From the IMG/VR virus record IMGVR_UViG_3300014204_000129, positions 1 to 64,000 of that record: a stretch of DNA of 64,000 bases; one strand, written 5' to 3'. The stretch is from a virus (taxonomy: Duplodnaviria > Caudoviricetes). A model generated the notes under the pieces. That model was not told the origin of the DNA, did no database searches, and saw nothing but the letters and a program-made list of their open reading frames with translations. This document shows positions 44,271 to 55,141 of the stretch, piece by piece. The position numbers and the translations under genes were made by a program. The stretch's first letter is position 1. The number at the start of each line of letters is the position of its first letter.

Positions 44271-47014
44271 TGTGGTAAAGAGAGCTGTTAGTGATATTAT
44301 TATGAAGCCAGAGATACATGATGTAGTTACTATAGTTGATACAAGCGCCCCACCCGCCCCTATCCCAGTCCCGCTGGTAGATACTGAGTATAGGCTGTCT
44401 ATCGGGGACTTGGTAGAGCTTTCTATTGTTGGTGCAGAGTTTACCAATGCACAGGCAGTAGTAGTGTATTCTGCTAATAAGTTTATTGTAGCTAGAGGTA
44501 GGCATATAGGGGGAGTATACTTTATCCCCTATTCTGCTATAGCAATGTCAACTACAATTACAAATGAGATATATAATGAAGAGTTTCCTATGTATAGGGA
44601 TACTCTGTACACAGTTCGTCTGCAAAATGGCTTATCTAAGATGTTATTTGTTGATGCTATAGGCAGTGATTCTGTGCTTTGCCGATTGGGAGCTAAGCCA
44701 GTTATTATTCCCTTGAATAAGTTGGCCTATATAAAGCTATGAAGGCAATAGTTGATATGAGGGTAAGGGTCTGGGATTCTTACCCTCTTGCCTTTATACA
44801 GTTAAATAATGAAGAAGCAATATATGTGTATGTTGGTAATGAGAGGCTGCTGCAAGGAATATTAGATAAGTTAAATGAGAAGGGTGTTATATCCTATAAT
44901 ATAATAAGGGATAATGACTGATAATATTGACCTGAAGATAACAGTAGCAACTACTATTGAGGACTTCTCTGTTATTAACTTACCAATGGTAGTGGTTAAG
45001 GTTAAGTATCCACTGACTCCGTTTGGCAAGAGAATGCTTGTTTGGTGTAAGAAGCACTTGCCTTGCTATAGGATAATAGAAGAGACCTCTGGTGAGCTAC
45101 TAGAAGAGAGGAACTTTATAAAGGAGTTCATTCGTGAGAATGATGTATCATATACAGAGGATACTATTACTAATGCTGAGCTTGCTGCTTTGTTCCGTAG
45201 TGGAAGTTTCAGTCTACGATGAGTGAATACACTGATACTGAGAAGAGAATATTAGAGAAGTTGGTAGAATTCAATGGCATAATGACCTATGATGATATAA
45301 GGGAAGTTTTGTGCCGCGGCAATGGCTATATGGAACGAGAATTCATTATGCCTGCCGTAAGAGCACTGATTCAGCGTGGGATTATAGATAATATATATAA
45401 CACTGTGTCTGAAGAAGCACGAGTTGCTAAAGCCCTTCCTATAAGAAAGGCATATATAATGCTTCCAGATAGTTGGTATATAAAGTTATCTATTGCAACT
45501 AAAACACTAGAGTGGTATCTATAAATAAGGGGTGTCTATATGAGACGTACAAGTGTGTGGTATAATAGGCTTACTGCGGGTGAGCGGAGGGTCTTGTATC
45601 AGCTTGAGCGGGCTAATCAGGAGATTATTCCTGGTAGTTGCTTCCTACCAGAAGGCTACAGTGAATGCTCTTTCTGTAGTACACCGTGCTCTGGTGGGGG
45701 GCTGTGTCCACTTTGCTCCAATGAGCTGAGTAGGCTAATTAGTACAGCAGACATTGCTATTGATATTACGGGCCAGGGGTGGGACAACGAAGAAGCTGTT
45801 ACATATTATCTAGTAAGATTCCCAGACGGGCATGAAATGAAGCTATACTATCCTGACATATTCGACCACTATGACACTGAAGATGCATACGATCATGCGA
45901 AGTTGATTGCACGGGAGTATTGGCAAGGTAAGGAGAAGGTATTTACAGAGACTTGGCTATTCAAGGACAACTAATAGGGGGATAATTATGGCGCATACCC
46001 GTGTCACGCCACTTATGCTGATGCACTCAGCTGCTTATGACATTCGTAATGGTGTTCATTGGGAGATGCTAGAGTTAGAAAACAGGGGACGCAGAGATAT
46101 AGCACGTTATGTAAAAGATGCTCTTGATAAGGGCTATACAGCACTTGATATTGCGCTAGCATGTGCAGGTGCACCTATTCCTGATGATAAAGTGTGGGAA
46201 GACTGACCAACAGGAGGTAATATGAAACGCTATCTACTATTCGCAGGTTGGATCTACTATCCTTCAGGTGGCTGGAAGGATTTGGTTGAATCTTTCTCTA
46301 CTATTGAAGACGCACTAGATGCTGCCTTCACACATGGGGGTAGCCTTACGTGGTACCAGATCGTTGATACAAGCAGTGGCGCAATTGTAAGGGAAAGGGA
46401 GAATGTATCTTAGATGTATATTAATATAATTATCAACCCCTCTCCACCCTCTCTCCTAACCAGTATTGCTATTTACTGTACTGAGGGCAAAGGGTGGACC
46501 TATGATCTAACCCAAGAGCGCTTTCGGCGCCCAGGAGAGTACTTTAGTAGCAGCGAGGAAGCTACAAAGGCCGCACTGAAGTATTTTATAGACAATTATG
46601 ATATTCTTATGGAGAGAAAGTCATAGCAGTAGTGTATAGGGGTATGATCAGGCAATTCTGTGAGATGATGATGCGCGAGGGCTACCACCCAACGGCAACT
46701 GTGAGCGTTGCAATGAGCCCACACATACTGTCGAGGAACAGTGCCCTCACTTACTGCCCAGCTTGTATGCAGTATACTGGGATAATCCACCAAGCACAAT
46801 CTATGTAGAGGACACAGCATCTCATAGATCTACTTGTACAAGGAGCAGCAAATATGAGTTGGCAAGTAGTGATAGAGTTCTATGGACTACACTTGGATAT
46901 TGAAGCACCCACTGCTGAAGTGGCAGAAGCCTTAGCACTAGAATCACCAGAGGTTCAAACACTAATTGATGCCCTTGGTGAACCCTTTGAAGTATATGTA
47001 AAGGAGATTATAGA

Positions 47015-47602
47015 ATGATTTTTAATGATGATGCCATGAAGAATATTTATCTTGGTTTTAAGACGCAGGCCAGGCTTCCTATAATGCCACAACCACAAGG
47101 ACATTACGCTGGTAATAAAACATTCTCCTTGCCAGATCGGGACACTACTCTGATGTACCCATACGCCATGCACTACCCTATACCATTACAAGAATCTTAT
47201 ACTATTATAGGTGACAGGGTAGTGTATAAAGCAGGTTCTATAGACAATTATGGTTGCTTCTGGAGTGATATTGCGTGTGATCCTAGTAGGGTGAAGTGGA
47301 AGTCCGCAGAGACTATGCTAGATAGCTTTGTAAGATATGATATTGTAATTAATAGATATTGGATAGAAAGGATCCAGAGTATTCGTGTCAAGGATATCGA
47401 GGATATGGCTATCAGTTTTGTTAATAAGTTGCCACTGATAGTACCTAAGGGCAGAATTGTTTCTGGTGAGTTTGTAGAGAAGGTAGCTAAGGATGAGTTC
47501 GCAATAGTTTGGAATAGGTGGCATAGTGGGCTGTACTCTTGGGATAATAATCCTTGGGTTTGGGTGTTTACGTTTAAGGCAAATAAGCGTGGACCCCACT
47601 GA
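47015..47602 (+). CDS. ASCH-like phage protein
   Basis: MIFN..M..I..GxKTQxR N-terminus; ERIQxI and C-terminal SWDxNPWVWV. Confidence 0.7.
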   Translation: MIFNDDAMKNIYLGFKTQARLPIMPQPQGHYAGNKTFSLPDRDTTLMYPYAMHYPIPLQESYTIIGDRVVYKAGSIDNYGCFWSDIACDPSRVKWKSAETMLDSFVRYDIVINRYWIERIQSIRVKDIEDMAISFVNKLPLIVPKGRIVSGEFVEKVAKDEFAIVWNRWHSGLYSWDNNPWVWVFTFKANKRGPH

Positions 47603-49641
47603 GTGTAATAAACAATTACGGTATGCTGATGATGATCTAATTATAGGTGAATTTCTAGAGTGGTACTTTAATAACTCTATTAGACCAGGGAGTGTTATTT
47701 GTAACTGTTGTGGGGCAGGGCTAGAAGTAGAGAGTATTAACAATATACTGGCAAGATACCATCACATAGACCTAACCAGGCTCTCCCTAGAAAAGAAAGC
47801 TATACTGGAGTCTTTACGTAGTGTATGAGCAGCCTAGCTCTGAGTGTAGAGTATGTAATGGTGCTGGCACTGTGGGCCGCTGGAGAAATAATGGCAAGTT
47901 TGTGCAACGGCGGTGCCCACACTGTAAAGGCTGTGGAAGATTATATTCATCTATGGCGCCTAGCACAGAGCCCGTGATATCTAGTAATGAGGAGGAACAT
48001 GTACACCACCAATCGACTCAATAATATACCATGTGGTTCTATATTTAGAGTACCTGATGGTAACACTCTGATGGTTAAGCAGGGATATGTTACTGCCACT
48101 AACTCCTGGTACTGTAAAGGTGTTGATGGTAAAGGAGACTATTTCTTCTCAGTAGAGAGTAATTATATGGTAGTTGTGCTAGATGTTAAGAAGGCTGTGG
48201 AGTTTGTAGAAGAGACTTGTGCAGCCTTTACATCTTCCATAGACCCCCTTGCGCTTTGGTATCGTATAGATAGCCTTGTAAAGGAGCTAAACTATGATAG
48301 ATTCCACACTGTTTAGGGTGATCGCTCGAACATCAGAGCTTGTATATATAGATTTAATTGGGATGGATAGGGTCGTAAGGTATCCACAGCCACTATATGA
48401 TTCTCTCATCAAGGATAAGCTCTATATAGGTAGATTTGATAGTGATACGCAGTTTATTACCGATATCAAAAGTGCCCCTGAGCCAGACCCCAATGATGGG
48501 ATGACTATGATGTATCCAAGTACTAATATCGAAGTAGGGAACACCTGGGAGTGCTCATTACTATATAATATTCTAAAGAGTCTACACAATAGATGTGGGT
48601 TTACAGAGTGGTGGATGGACATTGACCCTGTAATCCAAGAAGAGATCATTAATGATCTTATATATATTATACGTTAATATAATATTATTATTAGTAATCA
48701 TTATTATTAGAGGGGTGCTTAGTTTATGTATAAAGTGACATTGCACACAGGGGTGATTACCCCACAGAAGTTAGGAAAGTATACCTGGTTATCATTTAGT
48801 ACTGAGGCCCCATTTATTGGTCAGGGCATGGTTATTGGACCAGATGATGCGGAAATTACCATAGAGGAGTGGGGGTACAGAGACGGAGAATTATGGGGTA
48901 ACGGTAGGAACGAAAGCTCTAAGCTTTGCTCTACATTAGAAGAATATAATAATGAGATACAATACTTTGTAGATCGTGGTTGGAAGATAGATTACGAATT
49001 TAATATAAGGTAGAGATTTTATATACTATAATGGTTGAATAAAGGTTGAATCAACTATAATAGTTGGGGGGATAAATGTATTTAGTAACTAAGGTTGACA
49101 GATGCTTCTATTGCTCGGCTGTGCACCACGTATTTTGTAGTTATAGACTTTCCTGTACGCATCCTAAGCATCCACTGTATTCAGCTATTGATAGGAGCAC
49201 CCCTGGCCTTGTAGAGTCTGACCTACAGAGAGATTGTCCACTGGTGAATATAGGGGAGGCCATTGCTAAGGCTTTTAATCAGCCTAAGATTATGGCTGAG
49301 GCATATAATGATATTATAAGGGGGTTGGCTATCAATGAACATTGAACTTGTTTCTTATAGTAACGTAGCATCCTTCAAGCTGCACCAAGCAGGATTAATC
49401 TTTTGTCTAGCACGTATAAATAGTTTTTGTAATGAGTGTGAACTAACAGCCCAGGATATGGGCTACCCACATGTACACTTTAAGCTTATAGAATCTGTTG
49501 ATGATCAGACATATCTTGTAGAAAGTACTCAGCCAACAGAGATATCAGTTAGGATAGTAATGAGTATTATTGAAGAGACGGTTAAGAGACTTGAGTATGC
49601 TAGAGATATGAAGCGAAAGCTTGGGCTGTTTAGATGTTAAG

Positions 49642-49675
49642 AAGGGGTAGGGGGGAGTAATCCCCCCTATCTTAT
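49642..49675. terminator. hairpin between convergent transcription blocks
   Basis: GTAGGGGGGA-gtaa-TCCCCCCTAT at the strand switch. Confidence 0.7.
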
Positions 49676-50343
49676 CTTACCGGAGGAGGTACTGGATTAG
49701 AGTGCATAGATAGAGGTCGTGGCCTGTCGCTGTTCCATTGTCGAAGTACTAATCGTATATTGATAGTTGTGGATTGGCTGTAGTCAAGCTGCAACTCTGG
49801 GGCATTATAGAACTCTTGGTAGGACTGCCCAGAGAGTCCTGTGCCCCCACCAACTGCATGAGAACTAAATCCATAGCAACCAACATCACCCACTGTACCT
49901 TGTGGCCCAGTATTACCCGTGCTACTAGTGTAGAATACTGTGGGCCTTTCCCACCAGTAGTCATAATCATTCCACCTATGAATAACTGGCGGTCTCGGAT
50001 CTGTAAATCCTCTAATGTACCGAACAGAAGGAACAAACTCCACGCTAATTACTCCACTTAGATAATCCTCACTATTTATCCCCGCCTCAGCAGCCTCACT
50101 AGTTCCATGAGCATAGAATGTAAACCTTCCATCATCCTCAGCAGGTCTCTCTATCCGTATACTTCCATAACTATTAATTCTCCAAGTACCCACTTCCTGC
50201 CCATCAATTGTGACCTTGGCGTCACAAGCTTCTGCACGCTGATTACCAAGGATTAGGGCATATTTCTGCCTATGAGCGAGTTCTACATACCCGCTACGCT
50301 CTTTACCACCTTCAACACGAACACTAAATCCATTGAGTAACAT
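49672..50343 (-). CDS. conserved hypothetical beta-sandwich protein
   Basis: Y.L.L.N....CDAxVxIDG...IERP....RFTF...GVISVEF; has its own consensus promoter. Confidence 0.6.
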   Translation of the reverse strand: MLLNGFSVRVEGGKERSGYVELAHRQKYALILGNQRAEACDAKVTIDGQEVGTWRINSYGSIRIERPAEDDGRFTFYAHGTSEAAEAGINSEDYLSGVISVEFVPSVRYIRGFTDPRPPVIHRWNDYDYWWERPTVFYTSSTGNTGPQGTVGDVGCYGFSSHAVGGGTGLSGQSYQEFYNAPELQLDYSQSTTINIRLVLRQWNSDRPRPLSMHSNPVPPPVR

Positions 50344-50397
50344 TATATTCTCCTTGGGTGGCGAGATTAGATTTGACTGCCACCGTCAACACCTTAT

Positions 50398-50426
50398 ATT
50401 ATACCACTACTTCAGCGGTTTGTCAA
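50398..50426 (-). promoter_or_regulatory. perfect-consensus sigma70 promoter
   Basis: TTGACA-17 bp-TATAAT with TGG immediately before the -10. Confidence 0.85.
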
Positions 50427-50718
50427 GTTCCTTATAACCATGCAGGGTTTGTGCTGTGATTACCGTTGCAAACGCAATTGCAAACAGCTCTTCTAACCAG
50501 CCACGCCAGCTCACAGGCCCTACTACATACAACATACCCACTGCTAACATATATCCAAGGACAGCATACAGTACCGCTACCACAAAAGATGCGGTGCGCT
50601 TATCTGCGCTACTGAAGCGCTCGAACCATTTCACACGTTTTACCGTGTTATAGGCCAGTATGCCAGCCCCCGGACCACCGAACAACCATTTCAATGCCAA
50701 TTCCAATGTCATCTTCAT
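50407..50718 (-). CDS. putative holin (three hydrophobic segments, Met-Lys-Met start)
   Basis: Small membrane protein with a charged C-terminus, located in the lysis cluster. Confidence 0.55.
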   Translation of the reverse strand: MKMTLELALKWLFGGPGAGILAYNTVKRVKWFERFSSADKRTASFVVAVLYAVLGYMLAVGMLYVVGPVSWRGWLEELFAIAFATVITAQTLHGYKELDKPLK

Positions 50719-50725
50719 CTCCTAG

Positions 50726-50776
50726 TGTCGGTATTAATCCATAAGGGGTTAATATCTATATGGATTTATACCGACA
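50726..50776. repeat. palindromic site B, homologous to site A
   Basis: TGTCGGTATTAATCCATA-15 bp-TATGGATTTATACCGACA. Confidence 0.9.
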
Positions 50777-51518
50777 TTTGTATTAGCTCAAAAGGGATCA
50801 CCTTATTTTTGACTATTCTCCACATGTTGCTAGTTAGTGCTACCTCTTCCTTAATCTTATTCCACATTGCTTCGTCAGTAGTATAGTATACTTTGTCAAA
50901 CTTAGCATTCCATCTGGTCTCAACACCAAGCTTATTAATCAATAAAACATACTCAGTGATAGGAAGATCTGTAATGAACTTAGCAGTGGAGTCTTCGGGC
51001 ACCTTATCCATCTCTACTTCTTCTTTAGTACCTGTATTATCTTTTTCTACTTTAGGACGGGGGAAGTTACTTGAGAACCTGATCCTCTCCGCAGTAGGAG
51101 TGGTCAGTGCCTCTTTTGAGAACTTCTTAATATCATTAAGGTCAACAGATATTATATTATATCCACCTAGTAGTGCTGTGTAACCCGTAAAGGTCACCCA
51201 CACAAGATCATTCTCTTGCGGGAATATAGCACACGGCGCATCATGTCTACGGAACTTAGTAGCCAAAGCCTCTCGCTTACTCTTCGGCACTCGTGCATAT
51301 ACAATATCTTGTTGAGTTAATAATGAGGCGCTGGTTAGTACTTCTGTAGTCTTCACTAATCTATAATTACCACAGATAGGACAATCTCGTCTACCACAGT
51401 ATAACTTTACTGCTAGGCTAGGACCGAACATAGTATGTGTACCACAAGGCTTAACTCGCTGCCCTGGGCACTTATCAATCTGCTCTCGTATTTCTTTGTG
51501 CGGATGCTCTATATTCAT
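50766..51518 (-). CDS. zinc-finger protein resembling degenerate HUH Rep/IS91-type initiators
   Basis: C...CGRRDCPIC zinc finger and RxxxSxxF; no HUH or YxxK motif visible. Confidence 0.45.
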   Translation of the reverse strand: MNIEHPHKEIREQIDKCPGQRVKPCGTHTMFGPSLAVKLYCGRRDCPICGNYRLVKTTEVLTSASLLTQQDIVYARVPKSKREALATKFRRHDAPCAIFPQENDLVWVTFTGYTALLGGYNIISVDLNDIKKFSKEALTTPTAERIRFSSNFPRPKVEKDNTGTKEEVEMDKVPEDSTAKFITDLPITEYVLLINKLGVETRWNAKFDKVYYTTDEAMWNKIKEEVALTSNMWRIVKNKVIPFELIQMSV

Positions 51519-52849
51519 TAGTTATCTTTCTCTATCCAACGAACATTGTTCCAATCGTTATACTTCACATAAGCAATAAACTGCTTGTCTCTTTCTTCTT
51601 CCTTACGGAATGCTTGACCGACATATACAATCCCATTATCTTCCAGGGTAAACTCTGGAGAAGCGGGCAGTCTGCCATCGCCTATATCCTTAGCTGCTTT
51701 CTCTAAGGCTGCCGCAGGGTTTAGCGGAATAATAACAGTCTGTGCTTTAGCCGCAATTCTATCTTCTAACATAGCACCTCTCTCTTGTACAGGACTAGAT
51801 CTTAATATAGTACATAGAGGCAACTTGTCCATCTCATATATAGGACAATTACCCCATCCAGGTATCCTCCACCACGCATCTCGCTCAAACCCCTCATTCT
51901 TATTACCAAAGAGTCGATTAGATAATAGCCAGGGCATATTTGCCATATACCACTTTGGGTAACTTTTCATACTCTTTAATAATTCTACGTTAAGGTCACT
52001 TGCAGACCACTGCGTTAGCTCAGGATATCTAGAGTCCGCTTTATTACCAGACCAGAAGCTACCTTCAGTAGCCATTACTGGTATAATATAGCCAAACATA
52101 TCATAGAAAATCTTACCTACTGCTTCCCACTTACGAACGCAATTACTAGCACCAGTGGGAGTGCCATCTTTATAGTAGTGTGTGTGTATGGTTTGTCCTG
52201 GGTGCTCTTTTTGGTTTATAGGGTCATCTGGGTAATTTATTGGGTGATTTAGCCCTGCCGGATGTACTGCAATCCAAGCATGATTTTTGAGAAAGGTAGT
52301 TGAGATATTTGGTATCTTTTTTAGGCTTGTTAAGAAGTTTATTAGGTATGTTATATCGTCGTAATTGCCACCGGGGCTTAGGGCATCAATAGCAGTCAGC
52401 CCACCGAGGCTAGCAATGTACTGTGCATCAGTATACCAGTCATACGCCTGTTTGTCAAATGTGGCTGTGGTCCATGTCGTTGGCCACGTCTCCCACTCTT
52501 CTACGAGATTAGGCTCATTATTACGTTCAAAGTATGCAACACCGAGGCTGCGAAGTAACTGTATGGAAGACTTCTGTTTTGGTTCTAATGTACCAGGGTT
52601 GGGTTTGGGGCGATACACACGGACAACGGGCATCATGCCCCATTTAAATGCTACTCTGCAAGCATTATAGGATGTCCCATCTACGTCAAGGAACTTTATC
52701 CAGGTTATCCCCATACTACGTAAATCTTGTAGCATGCTATCAAATAACCCTTCATTCTCTCCTAGTGGGTAGTACGCATTAGCCCCAGCATGTACTCCTA
52801 CTCCAGTATCATAGTAAGGTCTAGGGTACTTTATAGCATCAAAGTCCAT
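51518..52849 (-). CDS. TIM-barrel glycoside hydrolase-like endolysin with a C-terminal wall-binding-like domain
   Basis: NEPN acid/base motif, AVH, MATE nucleophile motif (clan GH-A-like); C-terminal LNPAAALEK...SxEF...YVGQAF. Confidence 0.65.
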   Translation of the reverse strand: MDFDAIKYPRPYYDTGVGVHAGANAYYPLGENEGLFDSMLQDLRSMGITWIKFLDVDGTSYNACRVAFKWGMMPVVRVYRPKPNPGTLEPKQKSSIQLLRSLGVAYFERNNEPNLVEEWETWPTTWTTATFDKQAYDWYTDAQYIASLGGLTAIDALSPGGNYDDITYLINFLTSLKKIPNISTTFLKNHAWIAVHPAGLNHPINYPDDPINQKEHPGQTIHTHYYKDGTPTGASNCVRKWEAVGKIFYDMFGYIIPVMATEGSFWSGNKADSRYPELTQWSASDLNVELLKSMKSYPKWYMANMPWLLSNRLFGNKNEGFERDAWWRIPGWGNCPIYEMDKLPLCTILRSSPVQERGAMLEDRIAAKAQTVIIPLNPAAALEKAAKDIGDGRLPASPEFTLEDNGIVYVGQAFRKEEERDKQFIAYVKYNDWNNVRWIEKDN

Positions 52850-53481
52850 TATAAACTCTTTTCTAGCGCTGCTAGTGGTGTAATAACCTTATCAACAAGA
52901 TTGAGTCTCATAGCTTTTAGTTCATCATTTAAATTCATTTTCTCTAGTGTACGTACTACTTCCTCGGCATTCCAACGAACAGATGTAATTACTGATTTGT
53001 TATTATCACTAAGTAATTCCATAATCATCTTATTGGTAAATGCTTTACCGGGGCAGGCAGTGTTTGCACGGGGGGCCTGTCTATGCCCAATCACCTTGCT
53101 AATCCCATGATCTAATTGCAATAGATGCACTAATCCACGCGCTGCGGCCAGTTGAGTATCATTAGGGGGTGCCTCAGTAAAATCCCCTAATAAGCATATA
53201 CCAATGCCAGTAGTATTACTGCCGTGGCCATGCCAGGTCAGATCATATACATCATTAGTCTGATAGACATTCCCATTACCATCAATGACATAATGGTATG
53301 CAATGCTAATATCTCCCTTTTCTCTTATATGATAATTAGCAATGTTCTTCAGGTGCTGTAGTGTGCCTTCTTTAGGCAGGCTGGGCCCGACACTATGGTG
53401 AATTACTGCTGTGTCTACTTCAGTTCGTCTCTCCCATTTACCTTTCCTCGGCATGTCACTTATAACATTTATAATATTCAT
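52849..53481 (-). CDS. N-acetylmuramoyl-L-alanine amidase (Amidase_2)
   Basis: VIHHS, IAYHY, WH, IGICLxGDF, GHR, TACPG. Confidence 0.9.
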   Translation of the reverse strand: MNIINVISDMPRKGKWERRTEVDTAVIHHSVGPSLPKEGTLQHLKNIANYHIREKGDISIAYHYVIDGNGNVYQTNDVYDLTWHGHGSNTTGIGICLLGDFTEAPPNDTQLAAARGLVHLLQLDHGISKVIGHRQAPRANTACPGKAFTNKMIMELLSDNNKSVITSVRWNAEEVVRTLEKMNLNDELKAMRLNLVDKVITPLAALEKSL

Positions 53482-53485
53482 ATCA

Positions 53486-53677
53486 TTAATTACCGATCTT
53501 TACAGTACCTAAGTTGGGTAGTATACCAAATACAGATAATATCCATAGACATACAAGTACAATTACAACTATATTTACAATCTTCTTCATTGTGGCCTGC
53601 ATGGGAATATAAGTATTAACAACCCACAACAGTACCCCAATGACAATAAGTGTAACTAGTAAAGAAATAACTGACAT
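53486..53677 (-). CDS. small two-TM membrane protein (Thivi_2564-like; holin candidate)
   Basis: LIVIGVLLWxVNTYIPM...KxIxNIVVIVxVxLWIL. Confidence 0.65.
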   Translation of the reverse strand: MSVISLLVTLIVIGVLLWVVNTYIPMQATMKKIVNIVVIVLVCLWILSVFGILPNLGTVKIGN

Positions 53678-53688
53678 AAAACTACTCC

Positions 53689-54066
53689 TTATATAAACTT
53701 CAGTACAACACCTATAACCATACTTAATATAGTAATACCAATACCAAAGGCCCAGATTCTACCTTCGATATTTGATTGAAACTTCTCAAGATCCCGTAGT
53801 CGTTTATCAATCGAGATCATCTGTACATCTATTAAGTCTCGTCTGGCAAAGGCCATTGCTTGGTCTTGCATCTGAGCTCGGAATTCGTTGAGGAGATCTA
53901 GTCTCCTTTCCTGTGCAACTAGAGCCACAGCAAGTGCCTTTTCTGACGATAGAAACTTTGAGTCTACGATGGCTCTCAACTGCTCTAGACTGCCATATAG
54001 AGCAGCCATTCTGGCATCACAAAAGTCACGATATGTTACTTGATAACTGGAATCTGGTGTACTCAT
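53689..54066 (-). CDS. coiled-coil protein with a C-terminal TM anchor (lysis accessory candidate)
   Basis: RLDxLNEFR coiled coil; single C-terminal hydrophobic helix. Confidence 0.55.
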   Translation of the reverse strand: MSTPDSSYQVTYRDFCDARMAALYGSLEQLRAIVDSKFLSSEKALAVALVAQERRLDLLNEFRAQMQDQAMAFARRDLIDVQMISIDKRLRDLEKFQSNIEGRIWAFGIGITILSMVIGVVLKFI

Positions 54067-54090
54067 TACCTTCTCTCTAATTCAATAAGA

Positions 54091-54381
54091 TTAAAACTCA
54101 CTATCGTATACAAAGAAATGAACCTCAGCAGCGGCCTGACCAGCACCCGTACTATACCATCTGCAATACCAATCACCACTACTTGTAGTATTTATATTAA
54201 TATAATATACACCAGTACCTGTTCGTATAATCTGCCCGCCAACACCATAGATGTATGTGGTGTCTACTTTAGCAGGAGTCTGTACTTGTGCAGAGACTAC
54301 TGTTGGATCAATAACGGTACCTGTGCTATCTTTAAACGTAGCCGTAACCTTTATTAAATTACCCTTATAATATCTATTCAT
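54091..54381 (-). CDS. Ig-like virion structural protein
   Basis: F.D..G...DP, GTGVY, GxWxxRW. Confidence 0.5.
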   Translation of the reverse strand: MNRYYKGNLIKVTATFKDSTGTVIDPTVVSAQVQTPAKVDTTYIYGVGGQIIRTGTGVYYININTTSSGDWYCRWYSTGAGQAAAEVHFFVYDSEF

Positions 54382-54541
54382 GCTTGTTCATCCACAAGAG
54401 TTACTGTACTATTACTAATATTAGTTAATGTTATTGTAGAGGAGGAGCTGTCTACAACTGTAATAGTTATAGGAGAGTCAAAGGCTGTAATGACTGGGGT
54501 CTTCATAGAGACATCTACAATACTGCAAGGAACAATTACTG

Positions 54542-54952
54542 TCATTCTATTGTCACCGTACAAATCCCACTAGCATTCCATACTATCTTAAACTCTTCAC
54601 TGGTAGCTGTAACATTAGCCCCAAAATCAACATAGAACAGAAGGTTAGAGGATGTATATGCTACTGCATACCTAGCAGTGAAAGAGGAGCTTGGCCAGCT
54701 TACATCATCAGCATCTAAGGTAACAACTTTGGCGAGGTAAGCAACTGTGCAGTTGTCAAGGACTGCCCCACCTACTGTATACCCACTGCCAGCAGCAAGC
54801 TCGCCCTCAATATCCACATATTCTATGTCACCATCTTGAGAAGGTGTATATGTATTATCGCATAGTGCTACCTTTATAGTGTCATTCTCAAAGTCTACAC
54901 TATGATCTAATATACTCTCTATACCCGCCCCATACCATTTTATAGTAACCAT
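54542..54952 (-). CDS. virion structural protein
   Basis: DTIKVAL..YTP, GSGYTxGG, DADDVxW, DFG, FxIxW motifs. Confidence 0.65.
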   Translation of the reverse strand: MVTIKWYGAGIESILDHSVDFENDTIKVALCDNTYTPSQDGDIEYVDIEGELAAGSGYTVGGAVLDNCTVAYLAKVVTLDADDVSWPSSSFTARYAVAYTSSNLLFYVDFGANVTATSEEFKIVWNASGICTVTIE

Positions 54953-55141
54953 TACTTATTACAATCCGTTATAGTATCAACTAACTCATTTCTATTAACC
55001 TTAGCAATCTTACACCAGTACTCACAATTATTATCAGTCAATAAGAACTCCTTAGCACGATGCTTAGCTGCCTTAGTTCCATAAAGCAGGTCAGCTACAG
55101 CAGTAGCAAGTACTCCTTTTGCCAATTCTTCCACAGACACT

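Noticed and set aside
12710-50776. Sites A and B as MITE copies or standard tyrosine-recombinase sites
   Set aside because: There are no target-site duplications, the spacers differ in length and sequence, and no recombinase is present in the window. Kept only as a lesser alternative.
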